Part shown: positions 10,183 to 18,850 of the stretch, piece by piece
How the letters are laid out: the number at the start of each line of letters is the position of its first letter
How positions within the stretch are numbered: the stretch's first letter is position 1
NCBI GenBank assembly: GCA_040264895.1
Contig: JBDQHL010000002.1
Location: 12,342-76,341 of the forward strand
DNA from: Bacteroidota bacterium
GTDB taxonomy: Bacteria > Bacteroidota > Ignavibacteria > Kapaibacteriales > UBA2268
Reading direction: 5' to 3'
DNA: 64,000 bases
Made by a program: the position numbers and the translations under genes
The notes under the pieces: generated by a model
Told to the model about the DNA's origin: nothing
The model's database searches: none
The model's input: the letters and a program-made list of their open reading frames with translations, nothing else

Positions 10183-11280
10183 TTAAGTAATCGGTCTTAT
10201 CTCCTTCTTCACCTTTTTCCAAAAAGAAAAGAACGATGAATGGTATCCAGTCACCGAGCTAATCCAATCTCTTGGTTCTTCTGCCCCTTTGTAATGTTTG
10301 TTTAGTGGGTGCTCTTTGTATATTATATTCTCTATACCTATTTCACTTTCTAACTCATGAAACTCACCAATAAACACCTCTATTCCATCGATATTAGCAG
10401 CTAAATCTAGAATGAATTGTATATTCTTTTTAGCCAAAGGAAATTTTTTGAAGACTGATGGCTCCAAAAGTAGAACTCGTTGTCTATCTTCTTCTTTTTT
10501 CCATTCAGGGTCTAAGTTGTAATAGTTATAAATCAATGTAGTTTTATTCTTATCTAGCTTTGGTCTTTCAATTTTTGGTAACTCTAAGTTACTCGTAAAT
10601 ACAACTGCTTCTTCTAACTTTTTGGGTATATCCATCTCAGGAAATACGCTATAGTCAACATCTAAGAATGTGCCACTCTGATTGCTGTTAAAAAACTTGT
10701 TTATATTACCTTGATTTGCATAATACTTCTTGTTAGAAAACGCCCCGGCAACCCATTGCCAACTAAGTTGGTTACTTGCTAAATCACCGTCGAGTAAGTG
10801 CAAATACATCCATCTGGCAGGTGTTAACCAATGACATTTTGCAATATTGCAGCATATAGAAGCTACGTACATACGCATGTGATTGTGCATATAGCCATTA
10901 TTGTAAAGTGATTCTATAGCTTCATCTACTACTTTTATTCCCGTGTCTGCTTCGACTATGGCCTTAGGTATATCGTGACTAATTACATCGGATTGTGTGT
11001 TCTTCAAATCAGAATGTATGTCATCTCCTTTTGCTAACCATACTTGTTGCCAGTAGTCCCTCCAAGCTAATTCTTGAACTAATTTTTCTACCTTATACCA
11101 GGGAAGGTCTAAAGAAATTATGTATTCATATACTTGCTTTGTTGAGATTACACCGCGCGAAATATAAGGACTGAGATAGGTTACAGCACCATCACCATAA
11201 TTTCTGGTCTTCGCATATAGAGTTGGGTCTATATCCTCTATTCTTTTGCGAATGCTCTCTATGTCGGTTGGAAAATTTAT
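10183..11280 (-). CDS. photolyase-homology FAD-binding-domain protein with no canonical start codon (ATA at the expected start)
   Basis: The frame is open from 11280. YAKTRNYGDGAVTYLSPYISRGVIS, ELAWRDYWQQV, TGIKVVDEAIESLYNNGYMHNHMRMYVAS and DGDLASNQLSWQWVAG match the photolyase FAD-binding domain. There is no ATG/GTG/TTG between 11280 and the TTG at 11007. Confidence 0.7.
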   Translation of the reverse strand: MNFPTDIESIRKRIEDIDPTLYAKTRNYGDGAVTYLSPYISRGVISTKQVYEYIISLDLPWYKVEKLVQELAWRDYWQQVWLAKGDDIHSDLKNTQSDVISHDIPKAIVEADTGIKVVDEAIESLYNNGYMHNHMRMYVASICCNIAKCHWLTPARWMYLHLLDGDLASNQLSWQWVAGAFSNKKYYANQGNINKFFNSNQSGTFLDVDYSVFPEMDIPKKLEEAVVFTSNLELPKIERPKLDKNKTTLIYNYYNLDPEWKKEEDRQRVLLLEPSVFKKFPLAKKNIQFILDLAANIDGIEVFIGEFHELESEIGIENIIYKEHPLNKHYKGAEEPRDWISSVTGYHSSFFSFWKKVKKEIRPIT

Positions 11281-11546
11281 CGTTTTGATATTTTATTATT
11301 AGTAATGCTTTTTTGTCTTGAACACTTGAAACGAGAATGCGTGAAGCCACGCTTTTTTTGGTGCTTTAAGCTGACACCAGAATTAACCCTTTTTCGCCAC
11401 ATTCTAAAGGAACTTGGCTTTAATTCTTTTCGCATTATTTTAATAACTTCTGGTTCAGAAGTGCCAAATTGCAATTCGATTGCTTCGAAAGGAGTCCTAT
11501 CCTCCCAAGCCATTTCTATTATTCTATCTACTTCTACGTTTTGCAT
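11277..11546 (-). CDS. TIGR03643/DUF2805 family protein (photolyase-neighbourhood protein)
   Basis: MQNVEVDRIIEMAWEDRTPFEAIELQFGTSEPEVIKIMRKELKPSSFRMWRKRV is the family signature as I recall it. The start is taken at the internal ATG. Confidence 0.75.
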   Translation of the reverse strand: MQNVEVDRIIEMAWEDRTPFEAIELQFGTSEPEVIKIMRKELKPSSFRMWRKRVNSGVSLKHQKKRGFTHSRFKCSRQKSITNNKISKR

Positions 11547-11620
11547 TTTTCTTTTATTCGTTTTTTTAAATTTAATTACGAATAAAAACAATTTTTAGCT
11601 TTAGAAAACTAAATCTTAAA

Positions 11621-12328
11621 CTAAACACTCACACCAAACAAATACCCAACTAAACCAGAAAGGCCCATAGCAAGAGTGCTCCATACAGTAATTCTAATTA
11701 TGGCTTTAGTTACCTTAGCTCCACCAGCTTTGGCAGATGTAGCTCCCAATATCATTAGAAATATAATAGTGAAGCCATAGAGCCAATACTCCATACCGCT
11801 GAGTGGCGCTAACAAAACTACTACCAGTGGTAAAAAACCACCTAAGGTAAATGTTCCACCAGAAGCCAAAGCCGCTTGAATAGGGTTTGCTTGACTCATA
11901 TCCGTTATACCAAGTTCATCCCTTATGTGAGCACTAAGTGCGTCGTGTTCGGTTAGCTCTTTGGCAACTTGTATAGCCGTCTCTTTCTTTAGTCCCCGCT
12001 TTTCGTAAATTTGTGCTAATATGCTCAGCTCTTCTTCTGGCATTTCTTCCAGTTCTAATTTTTCTCTTTCTATATCTGCATTCTCAATATCAGTTTGGGA
12101 ACTAACCGACACGTATTCCCCGGCAGCCATAGATAGTGCTCCTGCTACCAACCCAGCTATTGTAGCCAACACAATTGGTTCAAGAGTCGTGCTTGCTGCT
12201 GCCACACCAATTGCTAAACTTGATACAGATATTATTCCATCATTAGCACCAAGTACGGCTGCCCTGAGCCAATTGCTGCGGTGTATGTAGTGGCTGTCTA
12301 AATAATTGTCTATTGTTATTGGTTCCAT
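11621..12328 (-). CDS. VIT1/CCC1 family iron/manganese transporter
   Basis: WLRAAVLGANDGIISVSSLAIGVAAA, the acidic metal-binding helix ENADIEREKLELEEMPEEE, and C-terminal TM helices. Confidence 0.85.
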   Translation of the reverse strand: MEPITIDNYLDSHYIHRSNWLRAAVLGANDGIISVSSLAIGVAAASTTLEPIVLATIAGLVAGALSMAAGEYVSVSSQTDIENADIEREKLELEEMPEEELSILAQIYEKRGLKKETAIQVAKELTEHDALSAHIRDELGITDMSQANPIQAALASGGTFTLGGFLPLVVVLLAPLSGMEYWLYGFTIIFLMILGATSAKAGGAKVTKAIIRITVWSTLAMGLSGLVGYLFGVSV

Positions 12329-12391
12329 GCTGAAATGTGTCTATATTTTTGTTATTGTATAAAAGTAATATACATAATTATATAGGATCTA

Positions 12392-13197
12392 TTAATCTAT
12401 CTCATTATTTATATTATACTCTATTTCGCTTATTTCTAATTTCAGCCAGGTCCACTCCCCTGAGTCTAATTTCCATTTGGCTTCACATTCTGTTGGTATT
12501 CTAATGCCATTCCGTGATTCAATTTTATTAGCTATAACTATCCATTTTCAAATTTGTCTCTACCTACTACTTTGAATAGCCCATAAATACTAAGGTCAAT
12601 AGACCAATTAAACGCAGGTGGATAAATAGTAAAATACTGTTCTGCCGTTGCTTCTGACCAGTCTTTCTGGTCTGGAGTCATTTTTAAATTTATTTCCTGA
12701 TCCAAATAAATGTTATCTATGTTGCCTTTGCTCATTGCCCCACTATTCTCTAACCAATTCCTAACAGGTGGTGGTAGTGCATTAAATTTCTCTTGGCTAA
12801 AACTATCGAATTTTGTGGGTGTTTGGTTGGAGTACATAGACTTAATTTCATCTTCGACAATAGCTTTAAAGCTTTGAGTTGAAAAGGCGACAAAGATAGG
12901 AATCAATAAAGCTATGTTAATTACAGTTGCAAATTTGGTATCAGCCCAATGGTTAATTATTAGGAATTGCGATATAATAATTACCAAAAGGCAAACTATC
13001 CACCAGTTATCACTGTCTAATATTAGCATAATCGCAGTTGTTACAAATGAAATTGAAGCTAAAAACCAAACTAAACCAAATCCTTTTGATACTGCTTTTG
13101 ATATATTTTCAAACTCCACAATATCAAACGCTTTCAGAAAGCCAAATAAATGGATTGTACCGTGAAGTAGTATTAATATTATAAGAACACAATACAT
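12392..13197 (-). pseudogene. DUF6544-like membrane protein with an internal deletion and frame change
   Basis: The 219-aa N-terminal ORF ends ...VVGRDKFENG at TAG 12540-12538. A second frame (12547-12392) reads KWIVIANKIESRNGIRIPTECEAKWKLDSGEWTWLKLEISEIEYNINNEID, which looks like the family C-terminus. Confidence 0.55.
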
Positions 13198-13230
13198 ATG
13201 TTTAATATTAAAAAGTTAAATCAATTATTT

Positions 13231-13452
13231 TTATAGTTTGTCAAACTCTGTTTTCTTCTCTTTCATCCAGTTATTTACTTCTTCTTCAGTCATATTTCTC
13301 ATCTTATTCATAGCTTCTAAGTGAGCCTTATCATTCTGTTTCATCATTTCCATACCGTGTTGTTGGCTCTGTTAAGCTATCTCTTGGAAGGTTTCTGCTT
13401 TGAATACAGTATCACAAGCCCCGCCTAACTGATTGCAAGTCATTTCTTTCAT
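13231..13452 (-). pseudogene. DUF1059 small protein with an in-frame TAA
   Basis: An AGGAG-like SD precedes MKEMTCNQLGGACDTVFKAETFQEIA. TAA (13374-13372) follows, then QSQQHGMEMMKQNDKAHLEAMNKMRNMTEEEVNNWMKEKKTEFDKL in the same frame. Confidence 0.65.
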
Positions 13453-13558
13453 ATTATTCTCCAATGTAGTTATAGTACTATCACAATATACAATTAAAAT
13501 TGTAACTAATAATTTTATGAACTGTTGTTCGGTATTATATCAATAATAGGACCCAACA

Positions 13559-14286
13559 ATGAAATACATATACACAATAATTCTTGCGATTGCTTTTTTG
13601 GCTTGCTCCGATGATGATACCACTTCACCCGAAGATAAAATCTGCATTCCCGAAGGCTTGCAAGAAAATCTAATAGCGTTTTATCCATTTTCGGATGGTA
13701 GCATAGAAAACACAGTTGACGGCAGTACTCCAGATAATATGAACAATGCTACACCAGGTGAAGACCGTGATGGTAATGCAAACTGTGCATTCAGCTTTAG
13801 CAAGGCTGACAGTAGCCACTTAGATGATAAAAATCCGAAATTCCTTGATGACAGAAGGTAATATTCTGTTTCTCTTTGGTATTATCACACAGTAAATAAT
13901 GACGGTGAATACGAAGGACTAGTACACAGGGGAGATGCAAACACCAGAACAAATAAGCTTGATATTGGTATTTACGATGTAAACAAAGCTACGTTCAGTG
14001 ATTTCTTTTCCGTATGGGACACAACTGATACTAATGAACTAAACAAATGGTACCACTTGGTTGCTATATGCGATTATGACAGTAAGACAATGAGACTTTA
14101 TCAAAATGGTGTGCTAATGGACTCTTACACAAGTGTGACTTTAGATGTAATAAACCCAAGCAACGGTGGCACCTGTTCATAGGTAAGGACTTTACTGGTA
14201 GAATAGACGACATAGCTATATTCGACAAAGTGTTGTAGAGTGTAGAAATTCAAGAACTGTACGAATCAGACGCTTGTTGTGAGTGA
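13559..14286 (+). pseudogene. LamG/concanavalin-like lipoprotein with two in-frame stops and one frameshift
   Basis: Lipobox LACS. TAA at 13859-13861 is followed in frame by YSVSLWYYH...WYHLVAICDYDSKTMRLYQNGVLMD. The frame changes near 14165-14180, giving LFIGKDFTGRIDDIAIFDKVL. TAG at 14236-14238 is followed by SVEIQELYESDACCE. Confidence 0.7.
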
Positions 14287-14370
14287 TAATTACTTTTACA
14301 TCTAATAATTATTATATCATCTTTTTTCATTATATTTATAAAAAAAAATAATTAAAGAGAATAAAAAAAT

Positions 14371-16866
14371 ATGAGATATTTACTGTTGTTACCCCTTTTT
14401 GTAATTGCTACATTTGCTGATAATGCTGAGGAAATGGTAAAGCAATTCAAGACTAATAATAATATTGACTCTATTAGGAATGCCTATATTGATGAGCTAA
14501 ATAACATAGAACCAGGTCTTGATTATAATATTATTAATCAGGAAATCCGATATGAAAAGGCTCGTTACAAAAACAATCAAAAGCTGAACAGAATTCAAGA
14601 TGAAGATAATAATGTAAACGTTATTGGATCCTGGTTTGAAAAAGGTAGTAACAATCAAGCAGGAAGAGTTATTGCTGCTGATATCGACTTTCCGAATGGG
14701 CTAATATATTGTGCATCACACGGAGGTGTAGTATGGAGAGGGGATATGAATGGTGAAAACTGGACGTCGCTAAATGACTCATGGCAGTTTCCTGGCATTA
14801 GGAAAGTAAAAGTATATACTGTAAACGACAGAAAGAGAATTGTAGTTATTGGAAGTAACCAATCATATTGGACAGAAGATGAAGGACAAACATGGAATAC
14901 TGGAACTGGTTTAGAAAACGTACAAAGGTGGGGCGGCATTACTGAGGCTTCACTGAATGACAATGGAATAGTTTATGCTATAGGGCAAGAGTGGGATTAC
15001 GGCGAGGATTGGCGTTCAAAAAGATTCCTTTACTACTCAGATGACTATGGTGAGAGTTTTGAAAGGATACGTGTTTCTCTTGTTGGTAATAGGCTAAGAA
15101 ATGGCTGGATGGAAAGTAATTCTGACAGATACTTTCTGGCTGAAAAAGATACAATATTCGAATACAAGAAAGGTGAATTAGTTAACCAATCTTTTATAAA
15201 TAACCCTGAAATCAACTCATTTTACGCAAATGATTATTCCAACAGACTCTCACTAAATGGAGTTAATAACAATGGCAACATAGCATTGCACTACGCCGTT
15301 AGAGTAGTTACTCAAGGGCTAGATGGTACTGTATATTACAAGTCGAATTCCGAAGATTTTTCAGTTATGAACTATACTGGAGATTTTGATAAATTTGACT
15401 ATTGGAGTTATAATATTTCAAATTCTGATATTGATAAAATTTATTGGGGGAATGTTAATTTGGAATTTTCTTATGATGGCGGTAAGAGCTGGGAACTTGT
15501 TAATAAATGGGGTGAATATTACGGAGACCCTGAAAACAAACTCCACGCTGACATCCCATCAATAGATGTATTCGACGACCCAACAAATGGTGACGAGGTA
15601 ATACTAATCTCAACCGATGGTGGATTGTATATTTCCAGATCTGATATGAAAGAAGTAAAAAACCTGTCTCTTTATGGGCATAATATCAGTCAATACTATG
15701 ATGTAGCCACCAGTGCTGACGGTAGTGTAGTTTATGCTGGTTCACAGGACCAAGGGTTCCAGCGAAGTTTGGATGATAATAACACTGTACTAAGTTATGA
15801 CCAGCTGATTAGTGGTGATTACGGCCAGTTTGCTACTTCTGACGGAGGTCAAACACTATGGAGTGTTTATCCAACATTCGCTATGGTGTATCAAAATGCA
15901 AATACTCAGAATGAAAATAGAAATTCTTGGAGCTACGAAGGAAGTGGATGGAAGTTTATGGCACCCACTGCACCCGATTATTCAGACCCGAACAGCATTT
16001 ATATTTCTGGGGGGTCAGCTGAAGGAGTTTCTTCACTGTGGAAGCTAACAATAATTAACCGAGAGATAATACCTGAACAAATTCTTGTTGATTTTGATGT
16101 AAGTGGTACTTGGTTTTCTGCTGTGTCAACTACTCCTACAAATAAAAGCATTATATATACTATGACAGCCGATGGCAGATTTGCAAAATCTACTAATTCG
16201 GGATCAAGTTGGGTAATAACAAACAATTTTGAATCTCCTGGTCCGCATTATTTCCATGGTGCTGAAATTAGAGTTTCTGAAATTAATCCCGAGAGAATAA
16301 TAATTTGTGGTGCGGGATATTCAAACCCAGGAGTGTACCAATCATTTGATGGTGGAGAAACATTCGAAGCACTAGCTGATGGATTACCTTCCACAATGAT
16401 ATACGATGTAGAGTTCGGTAAAAATGATGAAGTAATATATGCTGCTACGGCAGTTGGACCCTATATGTACTACGACGGTAATTGGATAGATATTCAATCT
16501 GGTGTGCCAGACCAGGCATATTGGGCCGTAGAATATGTACCAGCAAAAGATATAGCCAGATTTGCAAGCTATGGCAGGGGTATATGGGACTTTAAAATAG
16601 AAACACTTGATGCTACAAATGTACAGACTTTTGAGAGTATCGACTTTTCTGTTTCACCTAATCCTGCATCGAACAGTATAAAAGTCAACTATGAATATAC
16701 CTACCCACTTAGTATTAAAATATATGACAATAGTGGAAAGATAGTTAAGCAAATAGAAACTAACACAAACTCAGAGATTGACGTTAGTAATCTACCTACA
16801 GGTATCTATATGATTATTGCCACAGGAAATGGTAATACAGGTTTTGAGAAGCTAATAGTAAAGTAG
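14371..16866 (+). CDS. BNR/Asp-box repeat (sortilin/VPS10- or GH74-like beta-propeller) protein with a T9SS C-terminal sorting domain
   Basis: Multiple SxDxGxTW-type boxes (TEDEGQTWN, SDDYGESFE, SYDGGKSWE, STDGGLY, SFDGGETFE, STNSGSSWV). The C-terminus VSPNPASNSIKV...LPTGIYMIIATGNGNTGFEKLIVK is a T9SS CTD. Confidence 0.75.
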   Translation: MRYLLLLPLFVIATFADNAEEMVKQFKTNNNIDSIRNAYIDELNNIEPGLDYNIINQEIRYEKARYKNNQKLNRIQDEDNNVNVIGSWFEKGSNNQAGRVIAADIDFPNGLIYCASHGGVVWRGDMNGENWTSLNDSWQFPGIRKVKVYTVNDRKRIVVIGSNQSYWTEDEGQTWNTGTGLENVQRWGGITEASLNDNGIVYAIGQEWDYGEDWRSKRFLYYSDDYGESFERIRVSLVGNRLRNGWMESNSDRYFLAEKDTIFEYKKGELVNQSFINNPEINSFYANDYSNRLSLNGVNNNGNIALHYAVRVVTQGLDGTVYYKSNSEDFSVMNYTGDFDKFDYWSYNISNSDIDKIYWGNVNLEFSYDGGKSWELVNKWGEYYGDPENKLHADIPSIDVFDDPTNGDEVILISTDGGLYISRSDMKEVKNLSLYGHNISQYYDVATSADGSVVYAGSQDQGFQRSLDDNNTVLSYDQLISGDYGQFATSDGGQTLWSVYPTFAMVYQNANTQNENRNSWSYEGSGWKFMAPTAPDYSDPNSIYISGGSAEGVSSLWKLTIINREIIPEQILVDFDVSGTWFSAVSTTPTNKSIIYTMTADGRFAKSTNSGSSWVITNNFESPGPHYFHGAEIRVSEINPERIIICGAGYSNPGVYQSFDGGETFEALADGLPSTMIYDVEFGKNDEVIYAATAVGPYMYYDGNWIDIQSGVPDQAYWAVEYVPAKDIARFASYGRGIWDFKIETLDATNVQTFESIDFSVSPNPASNSIKVNYEYTYPLSIKIYDNSGKIVKQIETNTNSEIDVSNLPTGIYMIIATGNGNTGFEKLIVK

Positions 16867-16879
16867 ATTTTTTAAATTG

Positions 16880-17075
16880 TGGCGTTGACCTTCGGCTGCT
16901 GAGCTTGTAAAAGCACCGTCTATCTCAACGCTTGCGTTGAGCAGTGTTCGTAGTAGGCCAAATGGTCGGCCTGTCATTGCGAACGAAGTGTGGCAATCTC
17001 TATTGAGACAGCCACGTCCTTTCAGTCCTCGCAGTGACATGCTTTGTGAACTTAGTCCTCTGCGGGCTGATGTGG
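16880..17075. repeat. cluster of intergenic mosaic hairpin repeats
   Basis: 8-bp-arm palindrome CTCAACGC-TT-GCGTTGAG (16924-16941), a long imperfect hairpin at 16973-17038, and a 28-mer at 16973-17000 identical to 18675-18702. Confidence 0.8.
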
Positions 17076-17155
17076 ATGAAATAGTCACAATTTGTAAGTA
17101 ATACAAATTATTCTTAAAATTATGTTTTATTGATAAAACTAGTGGAAAAGTAAAT

Positions 17156-17533
17156 ATGAGTATATTGAATAAACTAATTGGTAATGCAGGAACAGTAAAG
17201 AGTGATGAATTGACTGCAGAACTAGGAGAACTCTTGGTTGAAGGTGAAACAATTGATATAGGTTTCAGAGTATTGCGGGACACATTTGCCTTTACTAACA
17301 AAAGATTAATTATTGTTGATAAACAAGGTATTAGGGGAAAGAAAATAGAATACTTAACAATAGGATACAAAAGTATTTCTCGATTTAGTATTGAGACGAA
17401 TGGCACTTTTAATTTAGATGCTGAATTAAAAATCTGGATTTCGAGTGAACAAAATCCTTCAGTAGTCAAAAAATTCAATAAAAAAGTGAATATATATGAT
17501 GTAAGTAAAGCTCTAACAACTTATACATGCTAA
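17156..17533 (+). CDS. bacterial PH domain (YokE-like/bPH) protein
   Basis: GETIDIGFRVLRDTFAFTNKRLIIVDKQGIRGKKIEYLTIGYKSISRFSIE matches the bPH layout; 125 aa. Confidence 0.75.
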   Translation: MSILNKLIGNAGTVKSDELTAELGELLVEGETIDIGFRVLRDTFAFTNKRLIIVDKQGIRGKKIEYLTIGYKSISRFSIETNGTFNLDAELKIWISSEQNPSVVKKFNKKVNIYDVSKALTTYTC

Positions 17534-17536
17534 TAT

Positions 17537-18511
17537 TTATTTTAAACTATCTCTTGCTTTTTTGATTATTTCGTCATATTCTGATTTAAATTGTTCTACC
17601 AATTGCTTTTCTAGCATACATTCAAGATTATACAAGACTTTTTCCTCTGCTTGATCCTCGATAAATTCTTTACTTGAAATGTCATTAAACCTCGACAGAA
17701 AATCGAATAGAACTATTGATTCATTTTTGGTTAATTCGATTGTTGTTTTGTTTTTATAAAGCGGTTTTTTGGGTTTTCTTTTTTTCATTTCTTCTAGATA
17801 GCCGGCTCCTATTATACCTGTTGGCAGTGCAACTATGCCGATACCTAGCAATGAAATTATGGAGCTAAATAGTATTCCTAAACTGGTAATTGGGTATATG
17901 TCCCCGTAACCCACTGTAGTCAGTGTGGCAACAGCCCACCAAAGAGAAATTAAAATATTAGAAAATACCTCAGGTTGGGAGGAGTTTTCGATATAATACA
18001 TCATAAAACCAGATAAAAATATCAGAAAAAAAGTTATAACTATTGCAGAAATAAGTTCTGGTTTCTTATCAATTATAATCTTTTTTAATAACATTAGGGA
18101 TTCGTTCAAATTTCTAAGTTTGAGCACTTTGAAAAACTTAAACAATCTTAGTATTCTTAGAAACCTTAAATCTATAACAACGAAGAATGGTAATAAAAAA
18201 GGAATTATCGAAAGTAAATCAATTATACCGTATAGTGAGAAAACAAACTTGAAGATAGATTTTAAACGAGAATCTGATGGGTGTGTTAAATCTGAAATAT
18301 ATAATCTCATAGTATATTCTATAACAAAGATTGACATTATAACCTGATTAGTAGACTTTAGAATCGAAGAATATGTAGATTTAATGGAAACTATTGATTC
18401 CAAGACAATTAAAACTATACTCAACAATATAAGTACAAAAATGAAAAGATTAAATTTACTTAAGCTATCATCATCCCTATAAGCAACCCATCTGTATAGA
18501 TATTCTTTCAT
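17537..18511 (-). CDS. voltage-gated (6TM, Kv-like) potassium channel
   Basis: S4-like RFLRILRLFKFFKVLKLR and the selectivity filter TLTTVGYGD. The start is taken at ATG 18511. Confidence 0.85.
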   Translation of the reverse strand: MKEYLYRWVAYRDDDSLSKFNLFIFVLILLSIVLIVLESIVSIKSTYSSILKSTNQVIMSIFVIEYTMRLYISDLTHPSDSRLKSIFKFVFSLYGIIDLLSIIPFLLPFFVVIDLRFLRILRLFKFFKVLKLRNLNESLMLLKKIIIDKKPELISAIVITFFLIFLSGFMMYYIENSSQPEVFSNILISLWWAVATLTTVGYGDIYPITSLGILFSSIISLLGIGIVALPTGIIGAGYLEEMKKRKPKKPLYKNKTTIELTKNESIVLFDFLSRFNDISSKEFIEDQAEEKVLYNLECMLEKQLVEQFKSEYDEIIKKARDSLK

Positions 18512-18548
18512 AATTTCTTTTAAATAAATTCTGCATTCCCCCAATATA

Positions 18549-18584
18549 ACAAAAAAGCAGTACCTAATTAAAGATACTGCTTTT
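18549..18584 (-). terminator. rho-independent terminator, probably ending the hslVU transcript
   Basis: Stem AAGCAGTA (18555-18562) / TACTGCTT (18575-18582), followed on the minus strand by a T-run. Confidence 0.6.
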
Positions 18585-18589
18585 AAAAT

Positions 18590-18850
18590 TCATCAATTGA
18601 CTTTTGTCCCGCACTTGTCCTCCGTTGGGGGAGGTGGCTTTTGCTAAAAGCAAAAGACGGAGGTAGACGAATTAGTCATTGCGAACGAAGTGTGGCAATC
18701 TCATTTGTGAGATAACCACGTCAACAATGCAAGCATTGTCTCCTCGTTATGACATAAATTATCCTCCTCAGTCTGAAACAAGTTCCAGACAGCCCCTCCA
18801 AAAGAGCACAAGAGACGAAAGCATTTCGACTATGCTCAATGCACTTAATC
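18590..18850. repeat. cluster of intergenic mosaic hairpin repeats in the hslU 3' region
   Basis: Nested hairpins (CCTCCGT...ACGGAGG enclosing CTTTTGCT-AAA-AGCAAAAG), the shared 28-mer at 18675-18702, and a TCGAC-N3-GCTC hairpin at 18821-18842. Confidence 0.8.

Noticed and set aside
16852-17478. A 208-aa minus-strand ORF spanning the repeat cluster and the bPH gene.
   Set aside because: It is antisense to a well-supported PH-domain CDS, and its 5' part is translated hairpin repeats. The composition is low-complexity Ser/Leu-rich.
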